A stretch of 64,000 nt of DNA, from the NCBI RefSeq assembly GCF_006345805.1, contig NW_021832224.1:248001-312000 (forward strand). Reading direction: 5' to 3'. The notes under the pieces were generated by a model. It was not told where the DNA came from. It saw only the letters and a list, made by a program, of their open reading frames with translations, and did not search any database. The DNA is from Octopus sinensis (lineage: Eukaryota). The position numbers were made by a program, and so were the translations under genes. Positions 12,777 to 25,499 of this stretch are shown here, piece by piece (within the stretch, counting starts at the first letter, position 1; each line of letters begins with the position of its first letter).

Positions 12777-13735
12777 TTACGATGACGTGCTGTACAATGT
12801 AGTATATAGATTACGGAGATAACGTAAAAGGTCTTCTTCATTTACCTGATCTGATAAAATTGTATGATTTTTGTTGGCTTCGACAAGCTGTTTTTTATAT
12901 GTAACCAGCGAGGGAATGAATCCCCTGCTCAATTTTCTGTCAATGATTGACAGTGTTCCATGATTGACTTGACTTGTTTCACTTATTGAAAATAAATCGG
13001 CATTTTTTGATCCTTTTCGAATTCTAAATTTGATTATCCAACATTTTACTCTTGGAAATTGTTATCCAGAAGGGTCAGGCTGTTGAGGCGATTGATTGCC
13101 CGATCCAATTCGTCTTTTGAGTTTTTATACAAATTTTTCTTTGAAATTTGTTTTTCTACCTCCGAAATTATTCTTTTCAAATTTTCTTCTTTTAAACTTA
13201 ATCCTGAGCATTGTGCAATAGACTTTCTAAGCGAAGATTCGTCGACACAAAATGACATAAATCGGTTTACTGGAGCCATTTTTTGATCATCAAATGAAGA
13301 TTTTTCATGATAACTGAAACTTTTGCTAGGTTTTGACTTGTTCTTTTTATATTTTATAGTTTTCTCCTTTATTAATATATCAATGACGTCATCATTTTCT
13401 TTTGTCGAGTCGATGCTTTCATATCCTGAGTCTCGTTTGAGGATCGTCATCGTATTCCTGCCACTTATTACGGAATCTGAATGATTTATGTTCATAATGG
13501 CGGGAATGCTTTCCTTAAATAAAAAAATTCGATTTACTCTCGAAGACTTTGATAACAACAATTTTTTCCATTGATAGAGATTTCTCAAGTCTATATATTT
13601 TTGTTCTTCGATATTCCTTTGACGTGCAGCTTTGCGTTTTTCACGATCAATTTTTTCTTTCTCTCGAGTCAAGAGAATACTGCTGAGACGCGTCCTGTGC
13701 TCTTTGAGTAGATTATTTGAAACATTTTTATTCAT
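12777..13735 (-). CDS. Uncharacterised basic coiled-coil protein, 2 exons (weak resemblance to CCDC190)
   Basis: The 229-aa ORF continues through a 26-nt intron (GTAAAATG..TTTAG) into a second exon ending DLLRYLRNLYTTLYSTSS*. Confidence 0.55.
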
Positions 13736-13955
13736 TTTTGTGGACTGAATTTACAATGTTGTTTAAAAAATACTGCTTTGACGCGGAATAGATTTATATT
13801 AAATAAAGCAGTCTTAATAGTACACATAGATATGCACCCAAATAATTAAATGACGCTTGTCTACTCTTCGTAAATGTGATTATTTCGAGCTAATTAGCTC
13901 AATAGCAAATTATGGACTTGTTGAATATCTGTTTGTCTGTAGAAAAAAGTTACTA

Positions 13956-15329
13956 CAGTGCGACCTCGAATTGGGGAAATTTTCCCCAATTTTGAGGTTT
14001 TTCCCCCAAAAAAAGGTTTTTCATTAAATTTAGGTTTCGCCTGTACGATATCTCTCTTAAATATAACCGAGACGGATAACTACAATTTTTATTTTTTTAA
14101 AAAAATCAGTTAATTTTAATCGAGTGTTTTGTTTTTTTTCGCATCGAACTCATAATATTTGCTTTGAATCTGAATAGATCAAGTACATTTTCCGGAGTCT
14201 CTTGCTTATAACATTTAGCAGCATTGTGAATGCGCATTCCGCATTGTTTATAACTTTGATCATCCAAATGTTCCATAAATTGTTCGCTGCAGTCCTCTTC
14301 ATCACTACTGTTATCATCCCAGAACTCTCAAAAATCGCATTTTCCACAATATCGGAATTAATCAGACTTTCTTCGATGTCCTCTTTTTCCCGACAGTCAT
14401 ATTCCAAAGCTTTTTCAAAGCATGTTTATTGAAGTGTCTGTATCTCGTCCCATGCCAATTTCGAACATGAAATAGCATCCGATATTGTGATTCCCTTTAT
14501 TGCTTCATCTATTTGCCCTGCAGGATTTTTATCATAGATAATTGTTTTCATAATCCAGTTATTAAAATGATTCTTAAATGCCTTTATTATCCCTTGGTCA
14601 CATGGCTGAATTAAGGAACTTGTATTTTTTGGAAAAAATATTACGTCGACGTTTGAAAGTTTGAGAGAAACAGCATGACAAGTTGCATTATCAATTAACA
14701 ATGCTATTTTCCTTCTTTTCTCTCTCATTTTACGTGCAATAAGCTTTAAGGTTGGCCTATTAATTAAAAAACCTTTCGATCTGAGATTACGAAAAATCTC
14801 GTAAACTTGGGCATTCAATTCGTATCCAATTGTCCCTTCGGATGTTGAGAAACCTTGAGCTAAGATTCCTTCCCTTTTCTTTTTTAGTCGGTATAGCATT
14901 CCTTTAGAGATGTTAAATCCTTGACCCGACTGTATATCCTTGCAAATTCTGATCTTTCACTTTGATTTAGTTTTCTAGGCATTGGCTTTCTAAAATTTAT
15001 AAAATAACTTTAAAAATTGATAATTTCAATTTTTTACCAGGTTAATTAGCTAACTAACTAAGTTACCAGGTTAAATAAATTTTAAATTATTGAAAATTAA
15101 AATTTGGAAAAACAGGTTACAATAAATAAATAATAATAAATCAAAAATTATACAAATATATTAATGAATCGTTTATGATAATATAAAATTTTTCCCCGGT
15201 AGGGGGTTTATTTCATTAAAAATCATCGTATTTTATAGGGATGGCAAAAATATTTCCCCAAAAGCAAGGTTTTCCCCAAAAAAGAGGGTTTCCCCGCTAC
15301 TTGGTTTTCCCCAATTCGAGGTCGCACTG
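13956..15329 (-). mobile_element. pogo/Tigger-like DNA transposon, internally deleted
   Basis: Matching TIRs CAGTGCGACCTCGAATTGGGGAAA with TA TSDs (13954-55, 15330-31). HTH remnant plus LLIDNATCH..FFPKNTSSLIQPCDQGII. Confidence 0.95.
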
Positions 15330-15966
15330 TAATCAATTCTGCATTTTTGAAAAAACATCATTTATTTGTTTTTCGTAATTTCCAAATAAAATATTTACAT
15401 TTGACTGTGAAAGTTACGTCCATTTCTTACTAAACTATTTTCAACGTAAACACAATGTGATAAAAGACTTCAAGTACAACTAAGGTTTTATATAGAAAAT
15501 ATGGACGGGCTATCGACGTGAAAAGCTGCATAAAATGATAGCAAAAAATCGACATATTTTTTATCCACTTGGAGAATTTATTTTTATAAACAAATTCATA
15601 ATTTGGATTGATTCTTACCTTGTCAGAAATTATTAATAGAACAATCAAATTGTTAAATTATTACTCCAAAAATATCTAGAAAATAGGGATTTTTAAATGT
15701 CAATGATCTACAATCCATATTTTTTGACTACCTAGCTTTTTAAGATGTCAATGCACATAACATTCACAGAATTTTGTTAATATCAATACACACCCTTAAA
15801 TTAGAGACATAGGATGTCTTTGATAACAACCCTTCTAAAAATGCAGACCCCTCTTTCTCTTTTTGACTTTTTTAATGAAATCTAATTAGTTTAGGACTTG
15901 TGAGTAAAAAGTTTTTTTCTTTGTAAGAAACCCAATTACAAATTTAAAATATTAAATTATGTTTAA

Positions 15967-16431
15967 TTAAGGGAATAATTGTTCTAAAATTTTGGCTTCA
16001 GATTCCCATTGCTTTTCTTTTGCGTTTACTGTCTTTTTTGAAAAACCTTGAAATCTTCTGCTATCTCTTGTTTTTTGAACAGTTTCTTCAAAAAATTCAA
16101 CTGCCGAATCTAAATTATTTAAAATTTGAAAACTTTGAGTAAATTTCGTTCCCCCCCGAAATATTTCATCATTTGTGTCTACAATTTGTAATTTAAAATA
16201 AAAACCTTTATTGATAGAAAGTAAGCTATCCAAACTAAATGGATTTTGAATGGTGTCAGAATTTCCAAAATTATATTGACTCAATTGTGAATATGGATCA
16301 TATCCCGATTCCCAATAGTCCAACATTTGATGATCCGGTATGCAAAACCCATTGTAGCAACTTTGTTCATTTTGGCAGCTTTTATCAGAATTATAATCAA
16401 ACGATTGTTGAAAATAATCCCAGGGAAACAT
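15967..16431 (-). CDS. Uncharacterised 154-aa ORF with a possible WGR-like C-terminal region
   Basis: Long open frame in AT-rich DNA. NKGFYFKLQIV..LDSAVEFFEETVQKT loosely resembles a WGR domain. Confidence 0.35.
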   Translation of the reverse strand: MFPWDYFQQSFDYNSDKSCQNEQSCYNGFCIPDHQMLDYWESGYDPYSQLSQYNFGNSDTIQNPFSLDSLLSINKGFYFKLQIVDTNDEIFRGGTKFTQSFQILNNLDSAVEFFEETVQKTRDSRRFQGFSKKTVNAKEKQWESEAKILEQLFP

Positions 16432-16550
16432 ATCTGAACGAGTCGTTATTTTTCGTATTTATATTCGCAATCACGAAATACTTTTTCTGATGGGACTATA
16501 TTACACTCTCGAATAAGACAGTTATTCTTTTACGTGATTTGTCATAACTT

Positions 16551-17270
16551 TTTTTTTCCTTGAAAATTTTTTTTAAAAGTTTAAAGGTTAAATTAATCAG
16601 AAATTAATCGGCCAGCAAGCCGGATGGAACAGCTGTTCCCACGCACAACGGCCAACAGGATCCTTTGGATTAGGAATGTAAATTCCCTAGGATCCTTGGA
16701 GCGTAATGAACAGAGGTGGCCAAGTTTCTTCAGATGATCAACTGTCTTTGTGCCAAAGACGCACGAAGTCTCAACAACAATTGGCCAAAACCAAAAGTCG
16801 TCTAACAAGCCCCGGTATTTTTCGGATTTTGTATATTCAGCCCTATTAGCACGGGACCCGGGCAGAGAGGCGGATTCGTTGATGGCCGACTTAGAGAAGG
16901 AATCAACACACGTGGCATCCCAAACTAGTGGTTTACCAGCGTCGAAAGCGAACAACGTCGAGCCATCAGGCCTTTTTCCATCACCACGGTCAAGACCAAT
17001 TGGCTCAAGGACAAAAGGATACCCTGCCTTTTCGAGAGCATGGAGAATGATCTTGTTTAGAGCCGAATGACGAGGTATGCGACCTGCGCTTTTCTTGCAG
17101 GAAAGGGCATGGAGCCCGTATGTGTCCATCGTTGATCCACACCGGCAGGGGTGGGGATTACAAATCGGTAGTCCGAGACGAAGGCATATTCCAAAACGGA
17201 GGGCATCAGAGTCGAGGCAGGTATCCAAATGGGTCGTGGGAAGGCAGTTAAGCCAGGAGCCAGAATACGG
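16551..17270 (-). mobile_element. 5'-truncated CRE-like non-LTR retrotransposon (zinc knuckle plus RLE)
   Basis: CRCG..HALSC..RH..RPDG..WDATC..VVETS motifs, an A-tract at the 3' end, and a 12-bp TSD TTGTCATAACTT (16539-16550, 17271-17282). Confidence 0.92.
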
Positions 17271-17629
17271 TTGTCATAACTTGATTAAAATGAATCATAA
17301 ACAAAAATTCGACAATTAAAAAATTAAGTTGCTGATACAAAACCAGAATCTACAACAATTGATTCAGTTGTTTTATAAGAATAATTTACACTTGAATTAA
17401 ATCACGTCATTCGAATGACTCTTAGTGTAAGTTTATATTTCAGTACTTAATGAAAAAGTTATAAACCTTTCATACAAAATCACGATTGATCTTAAAGCAT
17501 CGAATTTTGAAAACATGGTAAATTTATTAGATTAATAAGTGAATAAATCCTCAAAAAAAGTCTTAATGTAACAAAAATAATATTTAATAAAAAATCGATA
17601 GACAACGTTAAAAATCATTTTCAAATTAT

Positions 17630-19247
17630 TCAGTGCCGCCATCTGAAATAAAAAATAAACAAACATTTTGAGTGTCGTATCAAAGGACCCACTAACTACC
17701 CTCTGCCCATCAGGACTCCAATCGACAGTAAATACCTCACTACAACAAAAATACCAACCTCCTTTGAATGTCCAGGCAGGTCCTTTAACAACTTGTTATT
17801 CTCCATATCCCACACTTTTACTGTCGAATCAAAACTGCCAGAACACAGCAAACGACCATCCGGGGACCAAGATATCTGATAGACACGAGAAACATGTCCT
17901 CGAAGGGTATTTATATAACTAAATAAAATAAATACAACAACCTTCCATCACTCGACCACACTTTGATTGACTTATCAAATGAGGCTGTCACCAACACAAG
18001 TCCATTTGGGGAAAAAGACATGTCGTTGATCAAATCCTGGTGACCCGTCAATCTGATAGGACATGTCCCCTTCCAAATAACCCCCGTGAAATCATCAGAG
18101 GCTGAAGCTAACACTTCCTTCGTATTTCTCTGCCACAATCACAATATGTCAATACCATAAATTTTTCCACTCTTTTCGACGACATTTCCATAATTTGGGC
18201 ATCTAAATTAACCACAATCCAAAAACCAGTCAAATCCGACCCAATTTCCTTCCCGAACTCGAAAGGACCAGTCCTGATAAGATAATCAGTGCTCAAAGTG
18301 ATCTGATTAATCCAATGTCCATGGACAGAGAGCGTATTAAGTAATATTCCCTACATAACTCACAACAACAACTTCCTCAGGCTGCCAAATCTTGATTGTA
18401 CGGTCATGGGAACCAGAATATACCAAATTCGAGACTCCCCACCTCACACAAGTCACTGATCCTGAATGAGACGTCAACACTCGGCATGTCAGGCCTGTCA
18501 GTGTATCCCAAATACGAATTGAGGCATCTTTTGAACCACTTGCTAACATTCGGCAACTTCCATCTCTATAAAATCAATCTAAAACATTCAAAACAGGCAT
18601 GTTGGCTTAAATATAAGCGAGTTTATAAAGCCTGTGTGTCCTTTTAAAGCTGTTCCAATTTTCTGGCCGTTAAATGGATTCCACAGAAGGATCTACTGAG
18701 GATAATCCTTCTTACTTGACCTCTTCTACACCCAGAAGCCACAATTCGAGAATTTCCAGCCCAAGCAACAGCCATGACCCAATCAGAATGACCAAAACAT
18801 GTATGAAGTGGTAATTCAGTATTAATATCCCAAAATCGAACAGTTTTATCGCCCGATCCACTTGCAAGTCCCCTAATAATTATAAAAATATATTTACATT
18901 CCATTTGGACTGAATTTTGCATGTAGGACAGAATCTGAGTGGCCTACCATCGAAGAAGTACACCGAGTTACTGGTCTGACTCGAAATACAGACTGAGGTT
19001 GACATGTAATTGTCAATATTTTCTCTTTATTTGTATCGACTTGATTTAGTGTTTCAGATAATGTGGTTTTTATTTCAATATTTGACAAATAAAAGCGATA
19101 GGATACATCTTCTTCAGTAGAGAAAGTACTTTCACATAAAGATTGGAGTTGTTTTTTGGTTATGGATACTTGAATGTCTACTGGAGAACTTAGGTCCCCT
19201 TCATTCCCGACTTGTAGTCTTGCCAAAACTCTACTGGTGTCCAACAT
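17630..19247 (-). CDS. NLE1: Notchless homolog 1 (WD40, 60S biogenesis), many exons
   Basis: QPQSVFRVRPVTRCTSSMVGH..FSPNG, LASGSGDKTVRFWD, LSTDYLIRTG, SASDDFT and final TLKIWRH*. Introns are 22-29 nt. Confidence 0.96.
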
Positions 19248-19548
19248 TAACCGGTATTTAAAAAACGTGATTTTAAAATTTGAAATATAAAATTAAATTT
19301 AAATTAATGTTAAAGAATAATTTCCATGTTTATATTATATAGTTATTAATACTATGCAGATCAAATGATTTGTATAAAATCAAAAGAAAAAAATATCATA
19401 TTGATTTAAATAATAAAATTATTATTAATTAATTTATTAAAAATATATTATATCAAATATATTTTTTAAAGTTTATTTGTTTGTGTTACCTTCATTGTTA
19501 TCTGATTGTGAACTTACTGTAATTAACTTAATTACTAATTTATAGGTC

Positions 19549-21109
19549 ATGTCTAGTCCAGAAAGTGTTGATAAATACGAAAAAGGAAAGGACGGACAGT
19601 TCCCTGGTCGTTCACTGACTACTTCCCATATTCCCCAATCCACAACAGATTTCACCAAAGTAAACCGACGGAAACGATGTGGAGAATGTGAACCTTGTAA
19701 AGTCAAAGAAAACTGCAATAAATGCAAGAATTGTCTTAACCGCAAAATACTCAAACAAACCTGTATTCTCCGTCGTTGCCACTTCCTCCATCACAAATCC
19801 GGATCTGACTCATCTCAGGGAGGAAAACGAAAACGGGGACCAAACAAAAAATCTCCTGAAGTTGTCGTAGAAGTTCCACAACCCGAACCTCCCCCAGAAG
19901 AACCTGTCAAAACTCCTCCTCCAGTAGAACCGATGACTTCCTCAGAAGAAATCGAAAAAGCAGTCAAATCATTGTTAGAAGCCTCAAAAAATCGGAATTC
20001 AGAAGAAGAGCAATTTATTCTTATTCCCGATGACATAATCCTCCCCCCTCCTCCTCTGTCTTCAATCTCTACCAATTCTAGTGCCACAAGGAATACAAAA
20101 TCTCCAGTTGTGGAAACAGAAGTGGTGAAATCTATCAGTTTGCCGAATAGTCAGATGGGGCTTAGTTTTAAAATTGTGCCTTCTACTCAAATGATTAACA
20201 TTAATCAGTCACATTATGCTTTCCAGCCTATGCCTGCTCCAGTAATGGTGATGGGACGTCCAGAGATACCAAGACATAACATTGTACTGGCACGAATGCC
20301 TCAAAGAATTGGAGAAATGAATTATAGACCGAATTCGGAGATATATTCCAGTCAGACGAGTGTATCGACTAGTTCTCCGCCCTGTTCATTTGGCAACGAC
20401 TACACTGCTCCTAAAGTTCATAGAAGAAAACGTTGTGGGCAGTGTCGTCCTTGTTTGATTAAAGAAAATTGTATGAAATGCAAGAATTGTATTAATCGTA
20501 AAGTACTGAAACAGACTTGTATACATCGAAAATGTTTGTATTTGAGAGAAAAGGTGAGCAGTTTTGGGGGTTATTTGGTTTGTTTAGATGAGAAAGGATT
20601 CTGGTTTTTGTTCTTCTCCGATTATTGACCAAACATTGCCTCAACCAACACCCACTCAACCACCACTTCTGGAACAGTTATACGACATGTCTAGTTCTTC
20701 GTCCAGCTTTGTTACCAGTGAGGATCAGTTCAGACCACAGGGGATAATCCACCAAAATAGTAAAGGGGCGGATTTGTCATTTTCGGGGCATATTTTGTCT
20801 CAGTCGCCTATTATTCCGCCTGGGCATCACATTCAGTTGTGGCCTCATCCTTGTGGTCCGGGTGTTCCGCAGGGATTTCCTATGATTGCTGCACACCAAG
20901 GGGGTTATTTTCAGCTGCGTCCTCAAACTCAATTGGGAGGATATGCTCGTTTGATGGGGTCACACGAGCAGAGATATTATGTTCAGCCGGCTATGAATTC
21001 AGTAAATTCGTTTCATGAATTTTCGTCTATCACTCGACCCCCAATTCGTGTCCCACAACGAGCTGAGGCGGATATTAAATCTGCAATTAAGGAATCGGCA
21101 TCTCCTTAG
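19549..21109 (+). CDS. Protein with two TET/IDAX-type CXXC zinc fingers (about 508 aa, 2 coding exons)
   Basis: RRKRCGECEPCKVKENCNKCKNCLNRKILKQTCILRRC and RRKRCGQCRPCLIKENCMKCKNCINRKVLKQTCIHRKC. 34-nt intron at 20554-20587. Probable 27-nt 5'UTR intron at 19519-19545. Confidence 0.85.
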
Positions 21110-22399
21110 AGTTGGCAGAATTAATTATTACTTTTACTGCTGACATTATTTATTTTATTCTTCGTGTAATTATTCTGCTTGTTTCTTACATTTTTGGTAT
21201 TAGTCTGTAATTATGTTGTGGATTGCCGAGGATATTATTAGTTTAAAGTTTGTCCACTTTTGTGATATATTCTGGCCTTAACCAATAGAGGAAACGCACT
21301 GAGGACAGATAATCCATTCTATATGAATCATTTGGAAAAGCCAAGAGGTTTCTTACCTTCTTTTATAAACATTATTTATCGGTATAGACCTAACTCATAT
21401 CCTTTCATTAAAAACCGTCTTGTTAAATGATAAGAGGATTGATTATACTCTACAAAATATTCTCCCAAAAGGTATATATTTAGACCTTAACAACAAAAGG
21501 ACTGTAGTGGAAGTTTCATTCTAAAATGTATTAAACTGCAGATCTCAAAATGAGATTTTGAGTTTTCTAACGTTTAATAACGCCTGCATTACTATAAATA
21601 GAAATTATAAGACAAGATTAACTATTGAACTTCCTACCTCGGAATTAATTAAAAATAATTGAATTCTTGTTCTCTCTTGATCTTAAAAATGTGTGTCTGC
21701 CACAAACGAAACCATAAACATTTTTTATTGGTAACGGGTACGTGTATTATCTATCTCAGTATCGATACGTTCAATTTGTTGTAGAAAAAACAATTTTTTC
21801 AAACAAGTGTTTATTTGAACGTTATTCCATAAAGATATGGTCTTACTTGTAAATGAATATGAAATTGTAACTTATATTTGATTCATATTAAAAAGTAACA
21901 TCAAATCTAAACGTTGTTTGGAAATTTGAATCAAAACATCAAATCAGGTAACAAAAAATATGTCAAATCACGTGTTAATTAAACAATTATATTGCCCCAA
22001 TAAAACCACTGTCTTGAGACACCCTCGATTTTGGCGATTTTGTTTATAGTATATTTTCCATCAATAATTTCCAAATTTGTTAATTATCAAAACCTTTTTA
22101 TGCTCAATTTAGAACAATATACAACAATTAATCCTAAATCTTACAAAAATATAGATATGCAACAGATTATGGTACTTACTACAAATGCGTGGACAGAATT
22201 TAAGAGAACAGTCATAATTAATTGTTAGGAAAAAATTGAGGAAAATAGAAAAAAATAGTAGAAGATAAAAATTGAGAAAAATAATAAATGAAATAAAATC
22301 TGAAGAAAAAGATCTAATCCAGAGTCGCGAGTTCTATAATGGTTGACAGAGAGCAAAAAACAAAAAAATCAGAAACGTATGAAATGATGGTTAAGTTAG

Positions 22400-24220
22400 A
22401 AAATTATTATTATTGGCATTTTCACGAGAGCCATAATGTTTATAACCCCACATGTGCAGCAAACGATATTAGAGAACTAATTAGATTGCTCCAGGCTCTC
22501 CTGTTCTTAGCTAGGTTCATCAAAGTTGAGATCATAACCAGATGCCAATGTTTTCTTAACAGTTTTCAGATCGTTTTGTAAAAAGATCGGGAGGATAGTT
22601 CTCGGTCTTCCACGAAAGCGTCCTAGATTAGAGGAGAGGTAGTAATCCTTGCGATGTTCGGGGGGGGATGTCGGGTCTAACCTCAGGACGTTCCCAAAAA
22701 GTCTCCAACGAGGGCTAATGATCTCGCAATTTATTGGCGTCAGTCACACCTATCGAACAGTCCACTTCGCTAGATCCTGGATGGCCAGGACATTCCAGTT
22801 ATGTTTCTTCTATGATTACCGTGAAACGAGTCGAGTATCTCCAATTCCTCTTTTGTTGTGCCCTAGGTCCCAGAATTGTATAAGAGGATTGGTTTGATAA
22901 ATGTGTCATATGGCATTATCTTTTGTTTTATGTTATTCCCTTTCCGTTTTAGCCATAGGTTTTTCAGCCTGTGTAATGCCGCGTTTGCCAGGGTTTTTCT
23001 TCGTATGATATCTTCACAGCCAGATTTCTTAGTTTTCCTTCATTTCTCTTCGAGTGGGTTGTTCATTCGTCTTATTTCTGTCGATCGTGTTTTTTCCCTG
23101 TTCGCAGTGAGAAACCATTTCCAAAGTATATCTGGTGCTTTTTCGAATACATTTTCCAAGAGTTCTTTGTCTTTAGAGATAAAGTCAACATCATCGGCAT
23201 TGGTCACTTCTTCTATTTTCCTTGGTATAATAATTTCAGTTCTCTCATAGGGGCCTCAAAGTATATTGTGAATAATAACGAAGATAGGGACTCTTCTTGA
23301 GAAGTGCCTGTGTTTGTTTCAATTTTTTTGAGTAGGTTTTTTCAACTAGCACAAGGAGCTCTCTGTTAGATAGAAAGATTTGGGTCATTCTTAGACTCGA
23401 TTCGTCAATAATCCCTTCCAGTACTGTCATAAATTTGTTCCTGTTAACCGAGTCAAAGGCTTTTGATAAATCTATTCCCAGAATATGGGTGGAATTGCAA
23501 TATCTTTGATGTGTCGCAAATCTCCATCTGTGACTCTATACTGCATCAGCTGTTGATCTCCCTTCTCTGAACTCACTTTGACTTTCGGGTAGGTATTCAT
23601 AGGCTGGTCCTTTTATTCGTTCCAATACAATGTTAGCTAAGACTTTCCGTAGAGAATTTGATAATATAATTGGTCGTAGTTTTCAACCGGTCCTTTGGGA
23701 TTTTTAATTTTTGGTATAGATATTAGTAATCCCATCCCCATGGGTAAAGTTGAGTAAACTGAAAACATTTTATTCGATAGTGTAGTGATTTTTTTCAAAA
23801 AAGGAGTCAGGGCCATATTTTAGTAATTCTGGATTTATCGTATCTATTCCAAGGCTTTTGTTATTTTTTTAGTTTTTAACATGTCGGCAATTATGTTAGT
23901 GACATTAAAATTAATTATAAAATTAGTTTTTGACACGCTGTTTTTACTTCCAAAATTGTAATTGGTTCCTTTAGGGGTCTGGACTTTCCATTGAATGGAG
24001 GGATTGCTGTAGTCACATTGAAAAGTTTCTCAAAATGTGTTGCAGTTACCTCCGTTTGCTCCTCAGTATTCAGTAATGTCTTGAAATTTGTATCTTTTGA
24101 TCTTTCTTTCCCCTTTATGTGTTTTAGTAGACAAGCGGTCATATACATTTGAGAATTATTTTTTAGTTTGGATACTTCATTGATTTTGAAGAGCTGAAGT
24201 TGGAAAATGTATCGCAAAAT
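22400..24220 (-). mobile_element. Decayed RTE-like LINE
   Basis: RPIILSNSLRK, QSEFREGRSTAD, GIDLSKAFDSV and NADDVDF motifs, fragmented. Confidence 0.85.
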
Positions 24221-25499
24221 ATATCTTTGATGAATTTAGATTGTTAGATTTAAAATTCGAAAAGATTTAAGAAATAAAATAATTCAAAAATGTTTAAAAA
24301 TAGTGATTTATCAAATGAAAAACCATAGAATAAAAATCTGTCAAACTATAGAGCAAAAATCACAACTTATCCTCGTATAAACACTTTGAAATGGGCACAA
24401 AACTTCCTTGTTCGCAAAGCAAACAAAAATTTAAGTCAAATGTACCATAAATCAATAGTTTGGAGCAAGCCCAGCTTTTTGGGGCACTTTGATGTCGAAC
24501 CCCGGGCTTCGAATGTATCAACTTGAATCATAACAAAGTTCACAGCTGGAACTAAATCGTCATAAAATATTGTATTTTTAATAATACTAAAACTTGATAA
24601 ATAATCCGAATGTTTTTCCTTGTCAATTTATTGATAAAAAAGCCAAGATTTATCATAATTTATTTGATAATCAACCACGTAAATAATTATTCAAATTTGT
24701 GTGATTAATTTTTTTATTGTGTGATTAATTGCTACCTGGCGTGTATTGATCACTATGTTGTATGATCAATTTGTTTAATTAACATGAGAAATAAAAACTA
24801 TTAATTTGATCTTGTTTAACTAATTTGTTTTCAACAAAAATTAAATATCAACTTCAAGGAAATTAGTCTGCTTAGTTAACTAGATCTTACTGTTTTAGAT
24901 TTCTCGTAAGATTTAATTCTCTAAATTGTTTTGTTGAAACTTATTTTGAAAAATCTAATTTTACTGTAACTTTTTATCATTTATAGTTTTTTTAGTTCAT
25001 ATTACTTTATTACAAAAATTTTAATTAGTAAATTTGATGGAAAACTTTCAATCCCGTTTGGACCAACTTAATCAATCTGGCTTAAATACCGGCCATTTCA
25101 ACGTGTTTTTTTACCCATTTTACGCGAGAATTGCTTGACAATTACCCGCTCCTAAAGGTCATCGCTTCCTTTCTCTTTTCCCATATCTTTAACATAATTA
25201 GTCATATTTAAATAAAATTAATGTTAATGTGTTAAGAAATAAAAAAGAGACATTTTTTGATTGGTAAAAATCAAAAAATTTGTTTTTTAGATTTCGGTTT
25301 TAAATCGACATAATTAAAATTTTTGATATAATTGTTGTGTTTTTGATTTATTTTTTAATCCCAAATGATAATATTTACTATAAGATAAATTTTAAAGACA
25401 TTAAACATTGAATTATTAAATTATTTTATCATCTTTTTATATTATGTTACCATGGTTGAGTAAAATATAAATAAAATAGCTTGAACGATCGACAAAACT

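Noticed and set aside
16750-17319. Plus-strand ORFs opposite the CRE element, and similar antisense ORFs over PP1, the CXXC gene and WDR36
   Set aside because: These are shadow frames of GC-richer coding sequence on the other strand.
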